Shown here: positions 1 to 10,500 of the stretch, piece by piece
Layout of the letters: the number at the start of each line of letters is the position of its first letter
Numbering within the stretch: position 1 is the first letter of the stretch
Source: Iphione sp. A-MEVVRFRX5
Lineage: Eukaryota
Direction of reading: 5' to 3'
Assembly (NCBI GenBank): GCA_976226885.1
Contig: OZ320321.1
Location: 43,524,001-43,588,000, forward strand
Length of the DNA stretch: 64,000 nt
Program-made: the position numbers and the translations under genes
Notes under the pieces: model-generated
What the model was told of the DNA's origin: nothing
Database searches by the model: none
The model's input: the letters and a program-made list of their open reading frames with translations, nothing else

Positions 1-375
1 GGTGCTGAGATGATGTGAGGATCTTGTACATTGTTGCTAGACAGGTGATGTGTCTATACATGTAGTTCCTTAGGTTCTGTGTCTCCTCCCCTGTCTTTCA
101 GTGCTTATATGTGATACCTTGTGTGAGGCAGTCTGAACAGTTGTCTGGATTCTCCATGGTGTTGTATACACTTGCTAGATCTTCAGGAGTGCTGAAGAGA
201 TTCTGTATCCACATTGCTTGTTCATTATGACGCTTTCCATTTTTCAATACTTTCAATAAGTTCTAATACTCTAGAACCCCTTGAATAGGAGGTGTTTGAT
301 TGAGATCGTTCTTCTTTTCCCCCAGCTCTCTGTAGAACTTCTTTCCCTGTATCTTTTGCTTCGATGTCATCATTT
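1..375 (-). mobile_element. Degenerate, 5'-truncated non-LTR retrotransposon RT fragment, R4/Dong-like
   Basis: Minus translation with stops/frameshift: IEKWKAS..WIQNLFSTPEDLASVYNTMENPDNCSDCLTQGITYKH*KTGEETQNLRNY..RHITCLATMYKILT, resembling R4-clade WKAPG.D / W.T.G.T.L.PK / NYRPITCL.T.YK.LT; abuts an (ATT)n array. Confidence 0.65.
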
Positions 376-388
376 TTATTGTTGCTGC

Positions 389-422
<34 letters not shown>
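389..422. repeat. (ATT)n microsatellite
   Basis: ~11 copies. Confidence 0.95.
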
Positions 423-452
423 GCTATCGTCATCATCAATCATCAATCATCA

Positions 453-1430
453 CAGGAGACCCAGGGCTGCGAGCCTGCGAGGACGTGCTGTGGTTGGTAG
501 GTGTGCATGACAGGCAAGCACTGGCACACAGTTGTATAGGCTGGGGTGTTGGTATGACCACCCTGTAACCTTTGGGAGCCAACTCATAGCTAGGTTAACC
601 CCTTACTATTGAGTATTTACAACGTGCCCATGTTCTGGCTGGCTGAAGAGCTGTAACCCGTAAGGGGGCCTGTGTAACCTGGTATGGAATGAGCTTGGTT
701 ATACATTCAGAGGAACATGTGTGTGCATCTAGCTATCTGTGTAAAGCTGGGGCGTTGGTTTTGACCACCCTGTAACCCTTTGTGGAGCTGACCTCAGGCA
801 GGCTAACCCCTCACCTCTGGTCTTCACAGATAGTTTGGAGGTCCCAAGCTGGCCTACGGGCTGTAACCCTCGGGAGCTGGTGTGACCTGGTTCAAAGAGA
901 CCTGGTCACACCATGGACCTCCTCGCCTGTCGTAGACCCAGGCTGGCTGAAGGCTGTAACCCCATTCAGGGGGGCCAGATAGACCTAGGCAACTTGGTCT
1001 ATCTTGGGTCTACGTGAGAGTGAGTCCTGACACCGGCGGTTTTGCACCCGCTGTAACCCTGAGCATTTGGGGGGTGAGCGTAGTGGTCTGTGTTACACTG
1101 TACTGCCACCAGTAGACTCCTCTCGATTGCCTGTTTGACGTCACCTGTCAATCACTCCGCGCCTGAGTGGGCACCGGTCCTGGGCCTTCGCCGTCGTTCT
1201 CCCCTGGCCCGACGTTAAATATAGCCTGGGGGGGCCCTGTGGACTCGCTGTTTGTGGCTCAGTTTAGATCTCGCCAGTCGGTTGCCGGCACCTGCGGTGC
1301 ACTGTGCGACCCCTTCACCCCCCCCCCCCCCCCCAGAATTACACCTCGCCACAGTAGGACAAGCCAAAAACAGGTCTGCCTGAATGGGGATGACCAGGGG
1401 TCATTGCCCAACCCCCACCGTCAAGTCAAG
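453..1430 (+). mobile_element. Non-coding retroelement-like insertion with 20-bp flanking direct repeat and (GTCAA)n tail
   Basis: TCATCAATCATCAATCATCA at 433-452 and 1431-1450; 3' stem-loop 1385-1410; tail GTCAAGTCAAGTCA 1420-1433; no credible ORF. Confidence 0.65.
531..1124 (+). ncRNA. Array of six structured RNA modules resembling SRP-RNA Alu domains (UGUAA three-way junction)
   Basis: Modules 531-623, 629-719, 733-833, 837-922, 931-1014, 1016-1124, each with its own closing stem and core stem4-G-hairpin-C-TGTAA-CC(C)-loop-GG(G)-stem4; covarying stems, G-U pairs and UACG/GUAA tetraloops favour the plus strand. Confidence 0.7.
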
Positions 1431-1555
1431 TCATCAATCATCAATCATCAAAGTACATGTACTTCATGATGTTATCCACCATGCCATTGCTGCTCCAAAT
1501 CTTTTCTTTATGTCAATTTGGAACTTAACTTATTTGTGTCTTTTTTTGTCCACAG

Positions 1556-4500
1556 TTCGCAAATTTACTTCTTAAGGAATTCGTCTTCACGTGGTACAGG
1601 TGAGTGATTGCGTTGTCACTCATTGCAGCGTCAGAGTGAGTGAGTAAATGAGTGAGTGGGTGATATTGTATATTGCCTCAAATGAAAAAAACTGTAAATC
1701 CACTTCTAAAATGAGGTCAGTTTACCAAAGAAAGGCTTGGAGGTCCTGAGCTTATACAACTTGAAATCTGTTTGGGATGTTTGTCCTGATTATGTTTCTT
1801 CTATGTAGGTGGTATTTAATTTTGAAACGTAAAATGTCCATCTATTCAAACCATTCTGTGGACCAGTTGTAATCTAAAAATTAGGCCTCCCATAAGCTGA
1901 TCCATATAGATTCACATCTTTCTGTTTTATAGGGACTTAAGTGAAGATGAAGCTTTTGTAGATGAATTGAAGACAAGTTTGAGATTTATAGTGTCAGTTC
2001 TACTTAGAAGAATTAAAAAGGTAAGTTCAAATGTGAATGTAACTACAAAGTCGCTCTCAGTGATAGATAATGGCTATGTAGTTATTTCTGACTGATGGTG
2101 TCGTGCCCTGCTGACTTTGCCTGATGCCGACACGAATGCTGGTTATAGTGCAATTTTAATAATTTAATGTTGGAGCTCAATGATCTACTTTGTGAAAACT
2201 ACTGTTCTCACTGCGACCTGATAAATCAGTAAAAATTGTTTCTGTTCTGTTCTATTCTCCTTGTTAGTGCTAAACCTCCTTGGAATGTTATGGTTAAAGA
2301 TAAAGTCCCATTTAAAATGCGCCATTGCTGCCTTTGTTGCAGGTTGATCTCCCACAGCTAATATTAGACAGTGTATTGAAGACGTCCATACGACATTTAC
2401 ATTTTTATGTACAAGTGAAACAAAGAGGTAAGCTTCTGACATTATTTGAGAACTGTTTTAAGTAATGCTTAAAAGTTTATTGAGGCAATATCAATCAAAC
2501 TAACTGGGAGAACAAGTAAAAAAAACATCCAGGTATCTTCATGGAAGGAGTATTTGTTGGAACATTTTTATATTATAATTACTTGTACATATAAAGTCAA
2601 GTATCTTTGTCTGGATCCTTCAGTATCTCATGATATGGATATATTTTCCGGGGCCCAAATGTCGTTTTCCTATTCTTTCTCATGTTTTTGATCTGCGTTT
2701 TCCATTATCCGGATAAAATTATCAGAAAGACGGGGGATCCAAATAGTGAAGCCTGACTGTATAGGGTGACCATTTGACACGGGCAAATACACTTTCCTGT
2801 TCTTTCTTTTTATGTTTTTCCTTTATGTGACGAAGCCAAAGGTGATACCGATCTTCAAGCTGCAATGATAGAGTATTATGGGGCCCATCTACACTGTGCA
2901 GCTCGGAACCGGCAGTCTGAACTAGATTATTTAAGGGCTACCGCTGAGCGAATATTCCCATATATCTTACCTCTACAGTCCCTGCGATGCAGGTATGTTT
3001 TGAATGTTCTCAGTAGTTTCCTCCTTTTTAATATATGCAATATTAATAAGTGTACAGTGTGTATTTGTTAATATGGAAGTGTTGTGTGTCTGATATGGAA
3101 GATTTTGCTTTACTTCTTAAGTTTGCAATTTTCACCCAGAGGGAGATTTTGCTTTAATTTAAGGTAGAATGACTAGAGAGAGAACTGCTATAACTAACAC
3201 AAACAGATGATTAACCAGCTAATGATCAGTACATTAAAACATGATACAACGGTCCACATAGTTCTAAACTGTTATTAAATGTTATTTTGTAGGTAGCAAC
3301 TCTTATAGAGTGATGGAGATGTCTGTGTACCTCCTTTCTGTTTTTTCACTTATCTTGGCCCTACTCAGATTCAATGAGAGGTGTTTTCTAGCCCACTTCT
3401 GCCGTTATCTCATGCCAGTATCGCATGTGTGATACGTAAACAGTTACACTGAAGCTGAATCACTGAAAAGGCCCCCAGCAGAACTACGAAGTACGTAGGT
3501 GGCTGAAAGGAAGCCATGATACAGTGAAACTTATCTTATAAAAGCTTTCAAAAATTTGCGACACTTGCAAGATTTGCCATTAAATAATTTTTAGGGAGGA
3601 ATAGATAAGTGATGCACGTCCTGTACCCAGGATAGGACAGTATTCAATTGAAGTGGATAGAAGAAGAGGACTCAAACTGACACAGTGGGGGCCACATAGG
3701 CCCGGGCTACAAGACAGGGGTTGTAGGTCGCAATTTTAAATGACATATCTGGGCATCTCTGGAGCAAACACAGAGCACTGCTGTAGATGGTGAAAAGGAA
3801 AATTTAGGGGGGGGGGTATGCAGTGTATAGACCTAGATATGTTTTTGATATATGGAGCACAGAATGCAGGAACAATTTAAGTGTGTGTGTGGGCGGGGGG
3901 ATGTTGGGGGAATGGATCATGTGTAAACCCTGACATGTTTCGCACAGGGCATTAAGGGTGCAGGGAAAAGGTCTGTACAGTTAGAGAAGCAGTGTCAAAC
4001 CAGGTTAGGAGAGTTCGGTTACTAATGCACTGAATTATATCCTGAAGTGGAAAGATGTGAAAATTTAGTCCAGGATGGAGAGGGTAAAAACACTCAAGTC
4101 CTAGTGACATTTGAGGTACAAATGATGTACCATGTGCAGGAGTTTCTGGCGAGACATCTTGTAGAAACGTTCTTTCTTGTAATCACAAAGGCTAATTTTC
4201 CCATCTAGTATTCCTGTTGCACAAACTGAGCGTTGCTTTCACTATAAAAGACTTGCAGGCAATACAGCACTTGGGTGTTCATGTTTCTGTTAGTGGTGTG
4301 GGTGTATATTCATCCAAAGTCAATTGACACATCACCATACTGTCACATAGACACGCCCACCCATCACAACATGATAGTTACACTACCTATATAAAACGTT
4401 GCCTGAAAGTAGTCCGGCCATGGTGGCAGACATCTTGGAATAGTATCACTACACCTATGTGCAATCAAGCATGGCCGAGGGTTGTAAAAAGTAGTACCAG

Positions 4501-7500
4501 CCATGGCCATCAAAGAAGGTGACGTTTGGGCAGTTAGCAGTCTGTACTTTGACCCCTTGAGTCAACCCCCAAGTCGGTGGCCAAAGGCGCTTGTCATATT
4601 TAACACTACGGTCATGTACAGTGTTCAAAATGAGGGAAAAATAGGTTTCTAGTCATAGTATCAGTGTACTGCACTTTCTCATATTCTTAGATAAATATAG
4701 ATGCCTCAGCATGTTCTCAATGGATATTATGTTTAATACATTTACATAACCACATAATGACATGTGGCAGTCATTATTCTAATATGGTCACATGTGAGTG
4801 ACTGTTGCTTAAATGTCATCTGCATGGATTGGTTACATGAGTTAAATGACAGAATAGCATAATGTCATTGGCTATGGAACAGTTTGATTGACTGATATTG
4901 TGACCGTAATACATGTCATCCTGTCGCACAGTGATGCGTTAATTGAGTCCCACTATTCAGCAATAGTCTAGCCGTTGCAGGATTTTCCTTGCGGGGACTG
5001 TCTGACATCCTGATGAGATGAGGGAAGACATCCCAGCATGCGGATCACGAGTGAGTTTAGGTGTTCCTGCAGAATTGATATCAGTAGTCAAGGGGGACAG
5101 ACACTTCATGAACCCAGATCTGACCAAGATGATCTCCAGGTTCAAAGGATATCAGTGAACAAAAAACACATTGTGTTATTGGACTAGTGGGTGCTCTAGA
5201 GTCTGGTTTAGCACCTGCCAGTTCTTGTTGACAATGCAAGGAGAACTGTGCTGTTAAATGGTAGAAACCAGATCCTGTTTGTCCTCAAGTGTAGCTGTGG
5301 TAGAAGTGTGTTCTCTCAGTTCTAAGAGTTGTAGTCTTCTAGGTTTCTGGCCTTTAGGAGGTTCTGTGTTATCAGGTCCATTGATTGCAATGAGTAAGCT
5401 GTTAAGACCTGGCTATAGTAGATGAAGTTCATGATGCGTGACTGTTTCTACTGGAGGCTAAAGAACTGGTACTTGAGCAATGACTGTTTGTAGTTTTTAT
5501 AGTAATTTAGTTAGCTATATGTAAGAGTTGGCTAGGTGTAAGTATCCTCTTAAAATTATTTGATTGGGTTCCTTTGTAAACTTTGTAGTACTAAAGTGAT
5601 CGAAATAAAGGAAATGAGTTTTACTTCAGGATTGGAAGTGTTAAGCAAAGAAAAGAAATTGATGCATATGCCCGCACCCTCAGTCCTGATAAAGAAGGGA
5701 TCTTTGCTGAGGGGTTAGGGATGTATGTGTAGATAGAGCATTTCTCCAGCTCAACCATGGAGAGGTTGGCTAGACTGAGGGTATCTCAGTATTCATGGCT
5801 GTGCGACCTATATATAAATAGTCAGACACACGGAATCAAACGTTGTTACAGACAGTACCTTCTGGAGGTAGTTGCAGGGCTAAGTTGCAGATCAGAGGTA
5901 CCCGTGGCCTCAAGAACTATAGTACTATCTAGACACCCGTTAGCACGGACAGTGGAGGACAAGAAAAGACCGCAGTACCAGAATTGGTCAGACGTTCACT
6001 TTCCACAGTGTTCAATGTTGTGTGTAAGACACACATAATATACACAGTGCACACCCTTGCTCACGCATGTCTCCCTCATTCTCCCCCCTTTTTCCTTTTC
6101 CACTCATCGTCCCTCTGTCTTAGCTTGTTTCTCCTACACTTCCCATCTCTACTTCCTTCTAACTTCATCCCCATCTTTTCTTTAATCTTCGCCTCTGCTT
6201 CATGCCTCCTAGGCCTTTCTCCTGTCTCTCTGGCATTCTCCCTATCCCTCCCTTGTTCCCTCACCTCTCTTCGGTTCCCCCTCACCCTCCTCTGCAGTGT
6301 ATCTCCATTATACTCCTCTGCTCACTACAGGTATTTCATTCTTGATTTCCTTCTTCGCTGCTCCTCTTTGTCGTCTTTTGTCCAGAATATCTCCCCACTC
6401 AGCCATCTCTTTGGCAGCCTCCAGTGTCTCAGTTTTGCAAACTTATACAGCTGATTTATTTTATCATTGTCCCACACCTCATAGAGTTGGGGGACCTTAG
6501 GAATGCTGCTGGCTGACTGTCCAACCTTCTGTCACACTCTTGTGGGTCTTATAACTCTAAAACCCTTCAGTCAAATGAATTAAGTTTGATATATGATACT
6601 TATATACATGAGCCTATGACACTGTTTAATTTTGGTAATAATTCAAATATTCTAAAGGTGAAGTCATGCCAATTTTACTCTTTTGCTAGCATACTGGCAT
6701 ACATACCTCATTTAGGAATTTCTAAGTCTGACAATGCATTCACATGTACATACACACACAGCCACCAATACCCTCCTTCTACCAGCACCACGAAGTGCCA
6801 ATACAAGGTAGTTGTAGAGAGAGAGACCCTCCTCCCACCCCTCCAGCCTTGGAAGCAATCAACCAATGATGGTGGGGGATACTAGACCTCAACGGTCCAC
6901 AGTTTTGCTCATCTTGCATTTGAGTGCATGTGTGAAGCATACTAATTTTGATTAGTTTACAATAGTAGGCTAACTCTAGTGTGTTGTAGGAAGTAAAATG
7001 ATTTCGTTTCATTCATGCCGGACCCTTGTATTAAGTGAAAATCCCATGGTGACGCACGGATTTATTATAACAGTTGTAACAATTAGGACCATAACATTTG
7101 ACATAACACACAAGTCAAAGGGGTGTACGTTTCTTTTGTGAACAAGATATGCCTTAAAATTACTCTTGAAAATCTTTCTAATAGTACATGCATGTTCCTT
7201 AAAAAGTATTAAGTAGCTTAATTGAAATATAAACAGTTTTATTCAAAAGTTTGAATAAAAAATTTCATTTCCATAGACTATGAAATCCATGCTCTAATTA
7301 CTTATATTCCTTGCTGGGCGATTCTGAGCTTTATTTGTCATAATTTCCCACTGTGAAAACTACGCAGCTAAATAATGAACTTCTCTAAGAACTTCCTTTT
7401 CAAGAGAGATTCTTACCACTGAGTACCGTGTTTCTCCCTCTTATAAACCAATCTATGATTGAATGGACGCAGGACTTACTTTTATCTAACAAGAACCCCA

Positions 7501-10500
7501 GTACACAAGAATGGGTGCTAGTTACGCATGTGCCTTGATCATAAACTCTTTCTTCTTCGGTCAGTACATATCTGTTTTGTTAACATGCACATTTTCTCTT
7601 TTGTTTTGAGTAATATTATGTATGAAGAGATTTCCTGTTTAATCTTTGGTTAAAAAATATCTTCGTATGTACATTCATACACCTCTCTAATATATCTCCT
7701 TGCTTGTCGAAATTATGTTTTTTGAATGAAGATACATATATTGTATTGTGGTGAGATTCACTTTTATCTACATTCCATCTACAGACTAATCGTTGTTGTT
7801 GAGGTGAAGTGTATTCACTATCTTTGAGGTATTTTTTGTTGCAGCAAAACTGATGATGGCCCCTACAAAACGTAATTTCATAATTTGTCAAATTCGTCTC
7901 TGCAGTCAGTAAAAGGGAAAAAAATAACAAAAGGCATAAAACAAATCCCTGTGGAACCCCACAATTAACTGATCCGCTTCTCCAGATACTGACCCATTAG
8001 CTTTTTTTTTCTTAATATTACCACGTAGATAATTCGCAAACTGTTCGGTAACTATTAATTACACTTTTGCATTAACTAGTTAAAAATAATCCAATGGCTA
8101 ATGGAATAATTTTTTCGTAGTCTGTCAACGTCGTGCTCATGCTTGCAGACATTGTTGAAAAACTAACATTGGCTCTTCCTCTGTGTAAAGTGGTTACAGG
8201 ATGGTAATATGGTATTGTTCCAAAAAAGGACTTGAAGGTAATTAGATATATTATTAGGAAATGGCTTTATATATGAAGAACCTCTTGGTTTCCCCAATGC
8301 TCCTTGTTTGTTGATTAAATCCTGGCAAGAACGGAACTAATTCCTCAAAGAGTCGCTGTCTCATCTCTTAGAATGATTCGACCACCTGATTCTTGACCAT
8401 ACACTGATTGTCTCCAGTGTTAGTCAGTCGAAATGGTAGATACGATTTGAATTTACCTTTTCGTTCTTTCTGATATTATTGCTCAGGAGTGATTGTAGAT
8501 CGACAGTCAACTTTTCCAGAGGAGGGCAAACCGAGACAGAGATAACGTTTTTGTTGAACCAAAGCATTCCTGTGTAAGATGATACCACAGAGGAGACACG
8601 ATTTTCCTAATCGACAGTGTCCTGTATTCTCTTTCGTTTGCCAAGATTGAGCCGCTCGTATCTGTTTGAGGATACGCCCATGACACTAAAAACAAGTGTC
8701 ACGGCTTGTTATTGTAGCAGAAAACATATTGCTGTACCGATTTTATCCTGGTGTAAACAACCAAGTCATCGTTAATGCTTTTCCCTCGTGTCCGTGGTCC
8801 ATCCAGAATTCTCTTCGTCTGATATGTCGGCTATTCCTGCTGACTCGGCGCAGGTGGATGATGAAGCGAGCCCTGGTTGTTCGTCTTATTACAGAAAATA
8901 CATATAGCTTTGCCCTGGTTGCCTCAGAGAGCAATTTTTCAAACCTATCAGAAACAAACCCTCTGGCCTTTGTTGGTGGAGACGACTATAGACCAGACAG
9001 CATTGGCATATGTTTGGATGGCTATGCACTGTTCCTTTTTTTTACACATACTGTATTTAGGCTGTTTTCATCTGAATTATCGGTATGTTTTGATGGATAT
9101 ATGCTGTCCATTTTTAGACATAAGTATCTACAAAGGCTGTTTTCACCCGAGTAATTGGCATCTATTTTTATGGCTATACAATGTTCATTTTCGGACAAAC
9201 TGTGTACTGAAGTTATTTTCACCTGAGTAATTGGTATATGTCTTGGTAGTTACTCATTTTCTGACATTTTTACTGAGGCTCTTCTCACCTGAGTACTTGG
9301 TATACATTTGGGGTTAAATTTAGGTCGAATCTTATCTGGTACATTGTTTTCTTTCTTGCGTGCATTTCTAGCATAGATTCACTCTCCAACTTATATAAGA
9401 TAAGGCTTGCTTCATAATGAGCCCGAGTTCAGCCTTCTCCCTCCAACGGTCCTGTATATGTGTATACATGTACTAGGATTGTTGATAAGCATTGATAGCA
9501 TAGACTAGGCTGTTGGGTCGTTGAACTGGGTTTAGTCCAGGCTATACAAATTTTAGTGTCTCTTCTGGTTCTTCATCTAAAATGTCTCCTACTGTCCAAA
9601 TTTTTCTTTTTGTGAATGATGTTTGCCAATCTGTAAGTTCTGCAATACACTGGTTCTTATACTTATCTGAACCCGGTTGACATAATAGTGCAGCTTAGTT
9701 TCAGCAGCAACTCCGGTTTTCTTTTCAGCATTATTCGACAGCATTCTGAGCTGCAGGTGATTCATACTTGCCAGCTGGCGTTGTCAGGGAGTTCATTGTA
9801 AAGTTAGCTCATTTGTTCCCGCCTTCAAAAGGGTAGGTAATTAGCATATCATGATTTTTTAGGATTTTTATATAAATATCTCCCGATTGTGACTTAAACA
9901 GGTTAGTTACCCTACTCTCTAATAGGTGTTTCGTCAACTTTTTCTGTTTTGATTAAACACGTTTCTTGGGAACTGTCTTAAAGGAATCTATTAAATTTTC
10001 TAACAGCTTCATTTATCAGCTACCCATTTTGTTTTTGTTCTTTTTTGCACTGTTAGTATTTACATATTATGTTGATGTTGTTCGCCCCGAACAAAGAAAA
10101 ATGCTTGGATTTACTGTGAGATGTTTATTACTGGAGAACATAAATGCAAATGGCAAAAGTCTCCCCCAATATGGCCCCTTATATAGTCTCTGTCACCTGT
10201 GTGGTGGAATATAACAGCTCTGGCGTGGGCTCCATCGGAGCTACCTTAAGCTCACTCGGGCTCTGCCCAACAATATTTGAGTGATCTGTATGGTATACAA
10301 GGATAAAAGGGAGCATGTCCCAACCATGAAACTGGGAAAAGGTGCAGCCTAGTATAGCACACCTGGGCAGCCGGGGAAACTATGCCTGGACGCCTAAGGA
10401 ACAGAAGCCAGAATACAAGGTTTAAAACTTGGCACTCGGGGGTATAAGTATAGGATGCCACAGCTCTGTGGTTAAGAGTAGGAGTTCTGGCAAGACACAG

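Noticed and set aside
637-670. CTGAAGAG in module 2 as a hammerhead core; GGTCCCAAGC at 840-849 as a twister motif
   Set aside because: No downstream GAAA/stem III for a hammerhead and no twister P1/pseudoknot partners; both are explained by the Alu-like module fold.
453-1430. A true 7SL/SRP RNA gene or tRNA-headed SINE
   Set aside because: No S-domain helix 6/8 motif and no convincing Pol III A/B boxes; it is six divergent modules rather than one 7SL.
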